From NCBI GenBank assembly GCA_040389905.1, contig JAZJZK010000032.1, forward strand, positions 1 through 64,000: a DNA stretch of 64,000 nucleotides, written 5' to 3'. The DNA comes from Gemmatimonadota bacterium. GTDB taxonomy: Bacteria; Gemmatimonadota; Gemmatimonadetes; Gemmatimonadales; Gemmatimonadaceae. The notes under the pieces are model-generated. The model had not been told where the DNA came from. It did not search any database and was given only the letters and a program-made list of their open reading frames with translations. A program made the translations under genes and the position numbers. Positions 47,586-57,622 of this stretch are shown here, piece after piece (position 1 is the first letter of the stretch; every line of letters starts with the position of its first letter).

Positions 47586-49439
47586 TCACCGATCGGTTGT
47601 CCCCCGCATGATCCCCTCTCGAATCCGCACCGCTCTCGCTGTCGCTGTTGGATCATCGGTGAGCCGCGGCAGACTCGCGACGTAGAGCAATGCACCGTGT
47701 AGTGTCACCGTCTCCGCGCCGCGCTTGACGATGATTGGAAAGGGCGAGCCGCTTGGCCGGCCTGCGTACCGCAACCGGAACTTTGCGCCGAAGTCGGCGT
47801 CGGCGACGGAGATCTCGCCGACGCTGATCATCACGTCACCCACGCGAACGCCGGCGTTCGCCGCTGCACTGCCCGCATCCACATCGACGACGTTGATGGC
47901 GCCGGCGGCGCCGGCGGGGTCGGCGGCGGTCGTCACGCCAAGTCGCGGGAGGCTGTCGGGCTGAAGGCGCATCCCCGCTGCGCGGAGTACCGTTGGCCAC
48001 GGATAGGGCTCCCTGCCGTCGACGAACTTCTGTTCGAAATCGTCGAACGACTTCCCGCCGGCAGCACGCTGCACCGCGCCCCAGAAATCCGCGTGGCTGA
48101 ATCCGCGCCCTTTCTTGTACGTCGTCTCGTAGAGATCGCGCATCACCGTGTCGAGTGACTTCTTGTTGTCGCTCGCGTCGCGAATCATCACATCGAGCAT
48201 CAAGCCGGCAAGCGATCCCTTGGGGTAGTAGCTATATGCCGTCCCGTCAGCAGGATGCATCCAGGTGTTGAGCGACGCGTCTTCGAGGGCGAATGGAACG
48301 GTGAGCCCGATCTCCCCGATCTTGGCCACCGTCAGCGCATAGAAGCCCTGTGCGTCCTGGACGCCTGCACGGACGGAGGTGAGATCCGCGTAATAGTCGG
48401 TGATACCCTCGCTCACCCACAACCAGGTGGTCGGCTGCTCGCGATCGTAGGCGTAGGGTGTCAGATCGGCGGGACGCAGGCGCTTCACATTCCACGCGTG
48501 AAAGATCTCATGCGCATAGAGCGACGGCTGGTCGTCGCTTCCGACGAACGCCGGGTTGACGATATCGACATGCGACGCCGAGTGCTCGAGCCCGGAATAG
48601 CCACCGTAACTGGAGTCCGCGATCTGCATGAGCGTGTATGACTCCCACGGGACCTCGCCGAACACATTCATTTCCGCGGGTACGATCCGCTTGAGCTGGG
48701 ACCAGGCTTCGGTGCGCGCAGCACCCGCAACCGAACCGACGGGATAGGTCGCGTAGCGAAAGGTCTTGCCCGAGATCGTGGCGCTATCGAGGTCGAACTT
48801 GCCGACGAAGAACGGCATGTCCACGAGATCGTGATAGTTCGTCGCCTTGTAGCGACGAGCCGCTCCCGCGGACGTCATGCTCGTGGCGATGCGATAGTCC
48901 GGTTCGGTCTTCACCAAGACCGTCGCGGGAACGTCGAGCGACCGGCCTTCGGCATACATGAAAAGATTGGTCCCATTGAACAGGACGAAATCCGTCCGTG
49001 CCCATGACATCGCATTGTCGAGAGAGTCTGCGCCGACGTGGTACGTAACCGTCACACGCCCTGCACCGGTTGGACGGATGCGCCACGTGTTGTGGTCGAG
49101 CTTGTCCCAACGCAGCGTCACTCCGCCCTCCGTAACTCGAAAATCGCTCACCGAGCGAGCGTAGTTGCTGATCTCGTAGGCGCCGGGCGTCCAGGTTGGC
49201 AGCGACAGCAAGACGACTCCATTTCCCGCGACATCGAACTGCGTGGAGACGCCCAGATGGCGAGCCTCGAGTGACGCACGATCCGCCGTGATTTCGTGCG
49301 CCACCCCCGTGATTGGGGCGGAGGTGGCGGAATCGGCGGACACCTGGCGCTGTGCGCGCGTCGGTGTGGCGAGGAAGCCAAGGAGGGACGCGACAAGCGC
49401 GGCGGCGCGGCGGAAAGCAATCAGCCGATCTGCGTTCAT
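47586..49439 (-). CDS. Secreted M61-family aminopeptidase with PDZ domain
   Basis: WTPGAY, GLEH, AHEIFHAWNVKRLRP, LWVSEGITDYY, SYYPKG, PDZ GSAAANAGVRVGD. Confidence 0.92.
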   Translation of the reverse strand: MNADRLIAFRRAAALVASLLGFLATPTRAQRQVSADSATSAPITGVAHEITADRASLEARHLGVSTQFDVAGNGVVLLSLPTWTPGAYEISNYARSVSDFRVTEGGVTLRWDKLDHNTWRIRPTGAGRVTVTYHVGADSLDNAMSWARTDFVLFNGTNLFMYAEGRSLDVPATVLVKTEPDYRIATSMTSAGAARRYKATNYHDLVDMPFFVGKFDLDSATISGKTFRYATYPVGSVAGAARTEAWSQLKRIVPAEMNVFGEVPWESYTLMQIADSSYGGYSGLEHSASHVDIVNPAFVGSDDQPSLYAHEIFHAWNVKRLRPADLTPYAYDREQPTTWLWVSEGITDYYADLTSVRAGVQDAQGFYALTVAKIGEIGLTVPFALEDASLNTWMHPADGTAYSYYPKGSLAGLMLDVMIRDASDNKKSLDTVMRDLYETTYKKGRGFSHADFWGAVQRAAGGKSFDDFEQKFVDGREPYPWPTVLRAAGMRLQPDSLPRLGVTTAADPAGAAGAINVVDVDAGSAAANAGVRVGDVMISVGEISVADADFGAKFRLRYAGRPSGSPFPIIVKRGAETVTLHGALLYVASLPRLTDDPTATARAVRIREGIMRGTTDR

Positions 49440-49540
49440 GAGATGCGTGGTGTGTAAGTCGGGGCCGAAGGGGCGTCTCCCATCAGGATCTTGAGCCCAA
49501 GACCCCATCCAATCCACGAGATTTACGACCAGGAGCTGTC

Positions 49541-50524
49541 ATGCGAAAGCACAATCTTCTCTCCCTCCGCGAGTGCACGATCGCGCTCGCGACCGTCGCC
49601 GTCCTGGCCGCTTGCGGACGAGGCGCGGCCGACTCCACAGGCGACTCTTCCACCGGCGCGCAAAAGGAGGCTCGGCTCGTCGCGGAATCTCCTGCATCCG
49701 TACAAATGGCGGATGCCGGAGCCAACGCTGGATCCGTGGCCGGAGCGCGCACAGACGCACCAGCCAGCACTCCCGCCCCCGCTCCTCCGCCGCAAGCGCC
49801 ACCGAGCGACGCGCTCCTCGCCAGCACACCGCTGCCCCCCGCATCCGACCCCACCGGCGCGATGCTCATTCGCACCGGTGAAGCCTCGATCGAAGTCAAG
49901 CAGGTCGATGACGCAGTGTCGCGCATCAGGCAGACCGCCGGCCAATTCGGCGGTTTTGTTGCCAACACCGCGATTCGCACGGGGAAGGACGAGCAGCCGA
50001 CGGCGACGCTCGAACTTCGCGTGCCGACGGCGCAATTCGACGCGCTGCTCGCTGCGCTTCGGTCGATCGGCAAAGTGGAAACGGTCACGGCGAATGCGCA
50101 GGATGTCGGTGAGGAGTATGTGGACCTTGGTGCACGTGTCGCGAATTCTCGTCGAGTAGAAGCGCGCCTGGTCGAGATGCTGGCGACGCGCACGGGCAAG
50201 CTGTCCGACGTGCTCACGGTCGAGCAGGAGCTCGCACGAGTGCGACAGGAAATCGAGCGCCATGATGCGCGGATGCGCTTTCTCGAACGGCGGGCGTCGC
50301 TGAGCTCACTTACCGTGACGCTGCACCAGCAGTTCACGTTCATCGAACGTCCGAGCCCCATCGCCGAGGCATTCGCACTTGCGTGGGAGCGCCTGTTGAA
50401 CGTGATCGCGTGGTGCATCGCATCGCTCGGACTCCTGGTACCGCTCGCCGTGGTGATTGGCGGTGGGGTGTGGGTGTTCAAGCGGCTGCGTCAGTCGTCA
50501 CGTTGTGCTCCGATCACGGAGTAG
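49541..50524 (+). CDS. DUF4349-family lipoprotein
   Basis: Lipobox VLAAC; MLIRTG, GGFV, LRVP, DVGEEYVD, VEQELARVRQEIE; C-terminal TMs. Confidence 0.85.
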   Translation: MRKHNLLSLRECTIALATVAVLAACGRGAADSTGDSSTGAQKEARLVAESPASVQMADAGANAGSVAGARTDAPASTPAPAPPPQAPPSDALLASTPLPPASDPTGAMLIRTGEASIEVKQVDDAVSRIRQTAGQFGGFVANTAIRTGKDEQPTATLELRVPTAQFDALLAALRSIGKVETVTANAQDVGEEYVDLGARVANSRRVEARLVEMLATRTGKLSDVLTVEQELARVRQEIERHDARMRFLERRASLSSLTVTLHQQFTFIERPSPIAEAFALAWERLLNVIAWCIASLGLLVPLAVVIGGGVWVFKRLRQSSRCAPITE

Positions 50525-50536
50525 TCCCGCCTGTTT

Positions 50537-50626
50537 TGTCGCCCTGAGCTTGAGCGAAGGGCCTGCACCTCAACCGCGTAACCGCAGGTGCAGACCCCTC
50601 GACTCGCTCGCTCGCTCGGGGTGACA
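50537..50626. repeat. Inverted pair of family B repeats
   Basis: TGTCGCCCTGAGCTTGAGCGAAGGGCCTGCACCT (-) and AGGTGCAGACCCCTCGACTCGCTCGCTCGCTCGGGGTGACA (+). Confidence 0.85.
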
Positions 50627-50813
50627 GTTTGACACGCTCGCGCCCGGCACTCCATATGCAGCATATTGTGTACAGAACCGGAGTACGATTTCGCATCCCG
50701 TATATGTCGCAACGACTTACGCGAATCGTGCTCCGGAGCACCGTCCACTTTTGTGGAAGGCTACCGTCCGAGAATTGGGACACGCGCGCGATTCACACTT
50801 GAGAACCCACACC

Positions 50814-51974
50814 ATGCGCAGAACCAGCATCGCCATCGCAGCACTCGCACTGACTTGGATGTCAGCCTCGCAGATTTCGGCGCAAGTCAACACGGGCGCG
50901 CCGTTGCCTGCGGTCCTTGCGACGCCGCCGACCGAGATGGTCCGGTCGTTCGACTCCGCCGAGCTCGATCGCATCATGTCGCCGATCGCGCTATACCCGG
51001 ACCCGCTGCTGGCGCAGGTGCTCACGGCAACGACCTTCGCCGGGGACATTCCAGCCGCGATGCGGTGGGTCGACGCGCGGCAGGGCCTGTCGGGTGAGCA
51101 GCTCGCGAACGCGCTTGCGGCGGAGCGCGTGAGTTGGGACCCGAGCGTTCAGGCGCTCGTCGCGTTCCCGACGGTGCTTCAAATGATGGCGACATCGATG
51201 CCGTGGACGGACGAAGTCGGTCAGGCGGTCAAGCTTCAGAATGGCGATGTCATAGATGCCGTGCAGCGTCTTCGCGCGCAGGCGAAGAACTACGGGTATC
51301 TGCGTTCGTCGTCAGAGATCGAGGTCGTGCAGACGCCGGCGATCGAGATCCGTCCCGTGAATCCATCGTACATCGTCGTTCCGTATTACAACCCGGTGGT
51401 CGTCTTCGCGCCGCCGCGCCCCCGGTTCGTCGTGTCGTCGGGTATCTATCTCGGGTTCGGCGTCCATCTCGGATCGTGGTACGAGCCCTTTGGCTGGCGG
51501 TCGAGCGGTTTCTACTGGCCAACGCGCCGAGTGGTGGTGGATTACAGCGGATGGAATCATCGGTACGGCAGCCGCGACTACCGGGACTATCGTGACGTAC
51601 GCTACGAGCCGAGGTACGACACGCGCAATGACGGTCGCACCGCGGTGCAGCGCTATACGGTGTCGCCACCGGTTGCCACGCCGCGCGGATACACGGATCG
51701 CGGACGGACCGTGCAGGTGGACACTCGCGTCGATCGTGACAGGTCTCGTGACAACTCGCCGCGCGTAGAGCAGCGCTCCGACAATCGTGGCTCGCGTGAC
51801 TCACAGTGGGAGGGTCGCACGACGCAGCCGCGTGTCGAGCAGCCGCGTCAAGCGCAGGTGCGGTCGGAACCGCAGTCACGAAGCGAACCATCCCGGGGAG
51901 CGCAGGCAAGTCCCTCGCGCGGGTCGCAGTCGGCAGGCGTGAGCCGAGATGGTGGGTATCGGCGGAGGCAGTAA
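50814..51974 (+). CDS. DUF3300-family secreted protein with low-complexity Arg-rich tail
   Basis: LDRIMSPIALYPDPLLAQVL, WDPSVQALVAFP, DAVQRLR, VPYYNP. Confidence 0.88.
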   Translation: MRRTSIAIAALALTWMSASQISAQVNTGAPLPAVLATPPTEMVRSFDSAELDRIMSPIALYPDPLLAQVLTATTFAGDIPAAMRWVDARQGLSGEQLANALAAERVSWDPSVQALVAFPTVLQMMATSMPWTDEVGQAVKLQNGDVIDAVQRLRAQAKNYGYLRSSSEIEVVQTPAIEIRPVNPSYIVVPYYNPVVVFAPPRPRFVVSSGIYLGFGVHLGSWYEPFGWRSSGFYWPTRRVVVDYSGWNHRYGSRDYRDYRDVRYEPRYDTRNDGRTAVQRYTVSPPVATPRGYTDRGRTVQVDTRVDRDRSRDNSPRVEQRSDNRGSRDSQWEGRTTQPRVEQPRQAQVRSEPQSRSEPSRGAQASPSRGSQSAGVSRDGGYRRRQ

Positions 51975-52039
51975 TTCGCTTACGTATAGCGAGGCCACTG
52001 GAACCACGCCTCGGCAGCCGTCCCTAGAAGAGGTACTCG

Positions 52040-52537
52040 ATGATTGCTCGCCGCTTGTCGTTCACCGCTCTTGCGCTCGCGCTTGGCACGGCGACAATCG
52101 GCATGGCTGGCGCACCGCGCGCTTCCGACGCCGACCGCGCCTGGATTTACCGCATCAGGGTATCTGGCGCCGACAGCGGACGAGTTGCATTTCTTGCGTT
52201 CACTCGCGGGGGCGCCGATCTGGTGATGCTGGTCTCGCCTGGGACATCGTCGCCACCGCGCCCATGGTGGGGCGAAACCCCGTCGAACGGAATCCCCACG
52301 CGCCGCGGCCCCTACGTCGCGGAGCTTTCGCCAAAGGACACACTTCGTGCCCGCGCACCAGCAGAGTATTCCAGCAACTTCACGCGCGGTTCGATAACGT
52401 TCGTCGCGACGGGCCGGGAGCGGTTACACGTGGTGATCGGCCGAAATCCCTATGGTGCGGTGAGCCCTGTGCGCGCGAGCGGCAGACGACTCACGCTTCG
52501 TGCGGTGGGAGGATCTGTCGTGATTGACTCGCTCTAG
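52040..52537 (+). CDS. Hypothetical secreted protein
   Basis: GAGG SD, signal-peptide-like N-terminus; no family recognised. Confidence 0.6.
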   Translation: MIARRLSFTALALALGTATIGMAGAPRASDADRAWIYRIRVSGADSGRVAFLAFTRGGADLVMLVSPGTSSPPRPWWGETPSNGIPTRRGPYVAELSPKDTLRARAPAEYSSNFTRGSITFVATGRERLHVVIGRNPYGAVSPVRASGRRLTLRAVGGSVVIDSL

Positions 52538-52618
52538 TGGAGCGTTTCGCACGTAGGCGATAGCACGGTTGTTCACGGTTGTCTAACGTTACTTGGGGAA
52601 CACTCCACCGGGCGGTTG

Positions 52619-53095
52619 ATGATGAGTGCGTTTCGCCTTGTGATTCTTGGTGCCTCAGCCCTTCTCGCTGTCGACTCGGGAGCCGAGCATCGTGCTGCGC
52701 GCGCCGCGCCGCACCTCATCGTGTTTGCCGGAGCACCGCTCACACACCGCGTGGTCATGACGAATTGGGAAGTCAATTTGTCCTTCATGACCTCCTTGAG
52801 CGCCGCGACGGTACTCGCCAGCGATACAGCCGGACGGCAACCGATCGACGTGGGAATGTTCTACGGCCGATCGGTTACGTGGACGGAGCGCAACGCCGAC
52901 CAGATCCCGATCGATCAAGCACCGATGCCCGCATCGTACTACCCTGCTCGCGGCAAGCGCCCCGCATTCCTGATTCCGCGTCACTCTCTGTTGACCTGGA
53001 GCGGCTGGTCAGGCGCCAAAACTGTTTCCGCCAAGGGGTTGAAGATTCTCGAGTCGAACGGCGTACCCGTACATGACGTTGCCCGCACGCGCTGA
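52619..53095 (+). CDS. Hypothetical secreted protein
   Basis: Signal-peptide-like N-terminus; no family recognised. Confidence 0.6.
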   Translation: MMSAFRLVILGASALLAVDSGAEHRAARAAPHLIVFAGAPLTHRVVMTNWEVNLSFMTSLSAATVLASDTAGRQPIDVGMFYGRSVTWTERNADQIPIDQAPMPASYYPARGKRPAFLIPRHSLLTWSGWSGAKTVSAKGLKILESNGVPVHDVARTR

Positions 53096-53425
53096 ACTGA
53101 CCGTATTCTGACATGGGAGCCGCCGAACTCCGCATCTCCTTGAGGGCGTCGCCGAACGCAGATCGAAGTCGTTGTCACTCCATCACTTCCGACTCCGCCT
53201 GACGCAAACTCGATTCCGGGGGTCCTGTTCTGCGTCGGGGCGCTCCGCAGTGTGCCGGCGGCACCCTGTTTCTCGCGAGGTCGCGGCGCGTCATCTTGAT
53301 GACACGTTCGATCCGGCGAAAGTTGACCGCTCCACTTCAATCTCGTGGTGCGGCGTATTCGCGGTACGGTCGGCTGACGCTCTACCCCACGTGCGCTCGT
53401 AGCCAGGGCGCAGAGAGTGACGACG

Positions 53426-54181
53426 ATGTACGACAGCAAGATGCAGAAACTGGCGTGCGCGCTTGCGACTATGATCGCATCGATGCCGGCCGCCGCGCAG
53501 AGCGTCCGAACGACGCTCGTCGGATCCGTTCGGGATTCTGCTGGACACGCAGTGTCGAACGTCGAGGTGTGGCTGCGCGGTTCGGACCTGTTCGCACACA
53601 CCAACGACCAAGGCGGTTTTCGCATCGTCGGCGCGCCCATCGGTGCGTCGAAGATCACACTGCGCCGGCTCGGGTTCGAACAGGCCACGGTCGAACTCGA
53701 GCTTCAGGCGAACCGCATCGATTCCCTGGTGGTCTCGCTGACGACCGTCGCAGCCAAGCTTCCCGGCGTAACGGTGGAGGACGACGCGCGCTCCAAACGT
53801 CTCCTCGCCGGCTTCTGGGATCGGCGCGAGAAGGGGATCGGGCACTATCTCACACGCGACGAGATCGCGAGCAAGAACGCCCTGGATTTCACGGACATCG
53901 TGCGGCAGACGCCCGGCGTGGTCGTGGAAACGGTCAGCGGGCGTCGCACGGTGCGCTTCTCACGCGCCTTCAATATCCGCGGTGAGTGTCCCCCCCTCTA
54001 CTGGGTCGACGGCATGCGAGTCGAAGGCGGGACACCGGACCTTTTCCCGCCGGGCGATATGGAGGCGATCGAACTGTATAGTGGAACGTCGACGATTCCC
54101 TCGCAGTTCTCGCCACGCTCCAGCGACCGGATCAAGACCTGTGGGGCGATCGTGATATGGACGAGGCTACCGGGGACCTGA
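53426..54181 (+). CDS. Secreted CarboxypepD_reg + TonB-plug-like protein, no barrel
   Basis: LVGSVRDSAG, TNDQGGFRI, RRLGF, GHYLTRDEI, CPPLYWVDG, MEAIELY, CGAIVIWTR. Confidence 0.8.
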   Translation: MYDSKMQKLACALATMIASMPAAAQSVRTTLVGSVRDSAGHAVSNVEVWLRGSDLFAHTNDQGGFRIVGAPIGASKITLRRLGFEQATVELELQANRIDSLVVSLTTVAAKLPGVTVEDDARSKRLLAGFWDRREKGIGHYLTRDEIASKNALDFTDIVRQTPGVVVETVSGRRTVRFSRAFNIRGECPPLYWVDGMRVEGGTPDLFPPGDMEAIELYSGTSTIPSQFSPRSSDRIKTCGAIVIWTRLPGT

Positions 54182-54229
54182 TTAGCATCGTCGCGCCCCA
54201 CGCGCTCCATTGATCGCCTGGAGTAGTGC

Positions 54230-54344
54230 CGGATTTAGGAGCGGATCGCACGGATGCAACGGAAACCGCCGGATTGAACTGCCTTTTCACAGGCTTCAAA
54301 TCCGGCTGTTTTCGTTGCATTCGTGAAATCCGCTCCTAATTCTG
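54230..54344. repeat. Family C long inverted repeat
   Basis: Arms 54230-54275 and 54299-54344 match 39/46; CGGA(T) recurs at roughly 9-12 bp spacing. Confidence 0.85.
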
Positions 54345-54425
54345 TTGGCGCGTGCATGCACCGTTGCCGTGACGCGGCTGCGAACCCACTATTCGGGCAT
54401 GCTCTCTTTCAACTTTAGCTTCCGC

Positions 54426-56096
54426 ATGTATCGTCTCGCCGTAATCGCGCTCGCACTCTCGTCCCCCGTGGCTGCCCAGCCGCGCGCCGCCGACCTGATC
54501 GTCACCAACGCCCGCATCTACACCGTCGACGACTCTCGGCCGGTCGTGCAAGCGATGGCCATTCGCGATGGCAAGGTGGCCTTCACCGGCTCCCTCCGCG
54601 AAGCGATGGCGCTCAAGGGCTCCGCCACGAAGGTGATCGATCTGGGCGGGAAGACGGTGATCCCCGGAATGGTCGATGCCCATGCGCATCTCCTCGGCCT
54701 CGGCCAATCGCTGCGCACCGTCAATCTCGTCGGCACCAAGTCGTACGACGAAGTGATTGCTCGCGTCGTTGCGCGCTCGAAGACGCTCGCTGCCGGACAA
54801 TGGATTCTCGGGCGCGGGTGGGACCAAAACCAGTGGGGCGACACACGCTTTCCCACGCATGACGCCCTGACGCGGGCGCTGCCGAACAATCCGGTCTACC
54901 TCGAACGTGTCGACGGACACGCCGGACTCGCCAACGCGGCGGCAATGAAGGCCGCCGGCATGACGGCGGCGACGAAGGATCCGAGCGGTGGCCGTATCGA
55001 GCGCGCAGCATCGGGCGAACCCTCGGGCGTTTTCGTCGACAACGCCAAGGATCTCGTCGAGCGCGTGATTCCCCCGATGTCGAAGCAGGAAGAACGCGGT
55101 GCGCTGCGCGCAGCGATCGCCGAGTCGCATCGCTACGGACTCGTTGGAGTCCACGACGCCGGCGAGTCGCGCGCGACGATCGACCTCATGGAAGAAATGG
55201 CGAAAGCCGGAGAGATTCCCTTCCGTCTGTACGTGATGATCAGCGACGATTCCGCGGCGATCACGCATTATCTCGCGCGTGGGCCGCAGAGCGGCTTGTA
55301 CGACAATCATCTCTGGATTCGCACGATCAAGTTGTATCAGGACGGCGCGCTCGGTTCACGTGGCGCGGCGCTCCTCGAGCCGTACAGCGACGACGCGAAG
55401 AACTCGGGTCTTCTCCTCTCCGCGCCAGCGCACATTCAGGACGTCGCGGCGCGCGCGCTGCGCGCAGGCTTTCAGGTGGCGACCCACGCAATTGGCGACC
55501 GAGGCAACCGCCTCGTGCTCGACGCGTACGAGGCCGCGCTCAAGGGTACGCCAGTCGCCGACCATCGCTTCCGCATCGAGCACGCGCAGGTCATCAACCA
55601 CGACGACATTCCCCGCTTCGCGGCGCTCGGCGTCATTCCGTCGATGCAGGCCGTTCACCAGACGAGCGACATGTATTGGGCGGGCAACCGGCTCGGTGCG
55701 AGCCGTCTGCTGGGCGCGTACGCCTGGCGATCGCTGATGAATACAGGGATCGTCGTGCCGAACGGCAGCGATTTCCCCGTGGAAGCAGTGAATCCCCTCC
55801 TCAGCTTTCATAGCGCCGTTGCACGGCAGGACGCGGAGAACTGGCCCGCGGGCGGATGGATGCCCGAGCAGCGCATGACGCGCGAAGAAGCGCTCAAGAG
55901 CATGACGATCTGGCCCGCCTTCGCCGGCTTTCAGGAATCGATGATGGGGTCACTCTCGGCGGGGAAGCTCGCGGATTTTGTGGTGCTCGATCGCGACATC
56001 ATGACCGTCGCCGACCGGGACATTCTCGGCACGTCGGTCATCGCGACGTACATCGGTGGGAAGGCGGTATACGAGAAGGGCGCGGTGACGCCATAA
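54426..56096 (+). CDS. Secreted amidohydrolase (Amidohydro_3/YtcJ-like)
   Basis: Signal peptide; PGMVDAHAH, RVDGHAG, KLYQDGALGSRGA, HAIGD, RIEHAQ, GSDFPV, GKLADFVVL. Confidence 0.92.
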   Translation: MYRLAVIALALSSPVAAQPRAADLIVTNARIYTVDDSRPVVQAMAIRDGKVAFTGSLREAMALKGSATKVIDLGGKTVIPGMVDAHAHLLGLGQSLRTVNLVGTKSYDEVIARVVARSKTLAAGQWILGRGWDQNQWGDTRFPTHDALTRALPNNPVYLERVDGHAGLANAAAMKAAGMTAATKDPSGGRIERAASGEPSGVFVDNAKDLVERVIPPMSKQEERGALRAAIAESHRYGLVGVHDAGESRATIDLMEEMAKAGEIPFRLYVMISDDSAAITHYLARGPQSGLYDNHLWIRTIKLYQDGALGSRGAALLEPYSDDAKNSGLLLSAPAHIQDVAARALRAGFQVATHAIGDRGNRLVLDAYEAALKGTPVADHRFRIEHAQVINHDDIPRFAALGVIPSMQAVHQTSDMYWAGNRLGASRLLGAYAWRSLMNTGIVVPNGSDFPVEAVNPLLSFHSAVARQDAENWPAGGWMPEQRMTREEALKSMTIWPAFAGFQESMMGSLSAGKLADFVVLDRDIMTVADRDILGTSVIATYIGGKAVYEKGAVTP

Positions 56097-56106
56097 CAGG
56101 CGTGAT

Positions 56107-56191
56107 GGTGCCGATTCCTCGACTCGCTCCGCTCGCTCGGAATGACAATTCGGTGTTGTCACCCCGAGCGAAGTCGAGGGGTCTGCACCTC
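56107..56191. repeat. Inverted pair of family B repeats
   Basis: GATTCCTCGACTCGCTCCGCTCGCTCGGAATGACA (+) and TGTCACCCCGAGCGAAGTCGAGGGGTCTGCACCT (-). Confidence 0.88.
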
Positions 56192-56202
56192 CGTCGTTGA
56201 CA

Positions 56203-57105
56203 ATGCACAGCATCATCTCCCTCCTCCCCGCCGGTACCGAGATCGTCGCGGCACTCGGCGCGCTCGAGTCACTCGTCGGCATCAGCCACGAGTGCGACTA
56301 TCCGGCGGAGGTCGCGCGGCTACCTCGTGTCACGTCGAGCGCCGTCGCGCGCGATGCCGAATCCGCCGTCATCGACGCCGATGTGCGTCGCCTGAGTGAG
56401 TCTGGGCTGCCGGTGTTCGCACTGGACGCAACGCAAATCGCCGAGCTTTCGCCCACCCTGATTCTCACGCAATCACTCTGCGAAGTGTGTGCGGTGAGCG
56501 ATGGCGACGTGCGAGACATCGCGCATGTCGTGTCACCGCCGCCTCGGATTCTGCCGCTCGTCGGCACGACGCTCGAGGGTGTGTGGGCTGATATCGCGTC
56601 CGTCGGTGGCGCCTTGGACAGAAGCGAGCCGGCCGTTGCGCTGATCGCGCGATTGAACGCACGGCTCCAGTGTGTTCACGAGACGCTAAAGGCTGCGCGC
56701 GCACCGCGACCTCGCGTCGCCGTGATCGAGTGGCTTGATCCGCTCTTCATCGCGGGCCACTGGACGCCGGAGGTCGTGCGGAGAGCTGGTGGCATCAACG
56801 TCCTCGCCGAGCCGGGCGATCACTCGGTGCAGATCAGTGTCGGTCAAGTGCGCGACGCAAGTCCGGAACTCCTCATTTTCGCGCCCTGCGGATTCGACGC
56901 CGAACGCTCTGCGCGCGAGTCGCGCGCGTTGCTCGCGACACCCGCGTGGGACTGGGCGCGTGATATCGAGGCATGGGCGATCGACGGCAACGCGTTGACC
57001 AGTCGTCCAGGACCGCGGTTAGCGGATGCGATCGAGGTATTGTCGGCGATCATGGCGCCGTCATTGTTCGACGCTCCCTCACCTCACTACGCGCGGCGAC
57101 TGTAG
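56203..57105 (+). CDS. BtuF/TroA-like substrate-binding-fold protein without signal peptide
   Basis: IISLLPAGTEIV, VGISHECDYP, TQSLCEVCAV, EWLDP..AGHWTPE, PCGF, SRPGPRL. Confidence 0.82.
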   Translation: MHSIISLLPAGTEIVAALGALESLVGISHECDYPAEVARLPRVTSSAVARDAESAVIDADVRRLSESGLPVFALDATQIAELSPTLILTQSLCEVCAVSDGDVRDIAHVVSPPPRILPLVGTTLEGVWADIASVGGALDRSEPAVALIARLNARLQCVHETLKAARAPRPRVAVIEWLDPLFIAGHWTPEVVRRAGGINVLAEPGDHSVQISVGQVRDASPELLIFAPCGFDAERSARESRALLATPAWDWARDIEAWAIDGNALTSRPGPRLADAIEVLSAIMAPSLFDAPSPHYARRL

Positions 57106-57138
57106 ACCGTCACCACTGCGGGGCTCGTCGCCCCGACC

Positions 57139-57176
57139 TGTCACCCCTCGACTCCCTTCGGTCGCTCGGGGTGACA
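57139..57176. repeat. Family B repeat forming a self-contained hairpin
   Basis: TGTCACCCC-TCGACTCCCTTCGGTCGCTC-GGGGTGACA. Confidence 0.8.
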
Positions 57177-57183
57177 ATCGCTC

Positions 57184-57230
57184 TTGCGACGCAGCGCAGC
57201 CGACGGTAGTGTGTTAGCATCCTAATACAC
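57184..57230 (+). promoter_or_regulatory. Promoter and YtrA-type operator
   Basis: TTGCGA(57184)-17 bp-TAGTGT(57207); palindrome GTGTGTTAG-CATC-CTAATACAC (57209-57230, 8/9) ending 8 bp before the regulator ATG. Confidence 0.68.
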
Positions 57231-57238
57231 GCATACAC

Positions 57239-57622
57239 ATGCTCATTTCGATCGACCAGACCGACGAACGTCCCATCTACATCCAGATCATGGATGAAGT
57301 GCGCCGAGGGGTCGTGATGGGGCTTATTCTCGCGGACGAAGCGTTGCCATCGGTGCGCCAACTGGCACTCGACCTTCGCGTCAATCCGAATACGGTCATG
57401 CAGGCGTATCGGGAGCTCGAGCGCGAAGGAGTGGTGGAGGTTCGGCGTGGGCAGGGAACGTACGTCGCGCAGTCCCGAACGACGTCGAAGCAACGGCGCG
57501 ACCTCGTGCGCGAAGTGGCCGAGCGGGCCACGCGCGACGCGCACCGCAACGGCGTTCACGTCCACGAGCTGATCGATGAACTGCGCGGATCACCGGCGCG
57601 CGATCAGAGGAAACGCGCATGA
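57239..57622 (+). CDS. GntR-family regulator, YtrA subfamily
   Basis: PIYIQI, LPSVRQLALDLRVNPNTVMQAYRELEREG, RGQGTYV; short C-terminus; precedes ABC genes. Confidence 0.93.
   Translation: MLISIDQTDERPIYIQIMDEVRRGVVMGLILADEALPSVRQLALDLRVNPNTVMQAYRELEREGVVEVRRGQGTYVAQSRTTSKQRRDLVREVAERATRDAHRNGVHVHELIDELRGSPARDQRKRA

Noticed and set aside
50645..50660. Sigma54-like CGGCAC-N5-ATGCA upstream of DUF3300
   Set aside because: It deviates at both consensus T positions and has no supporting activator context; could be chance
53096..53416. Possible small gene or relic in a 320-bp gap
   Set aside because: The translations I checked gave no recognisable motif or convincing start
56097..56202. Cobalamin riboswitch before the BtuF-like gene
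   Set aside because: The space is filled by two family B repeats; no B12-box is recognisable
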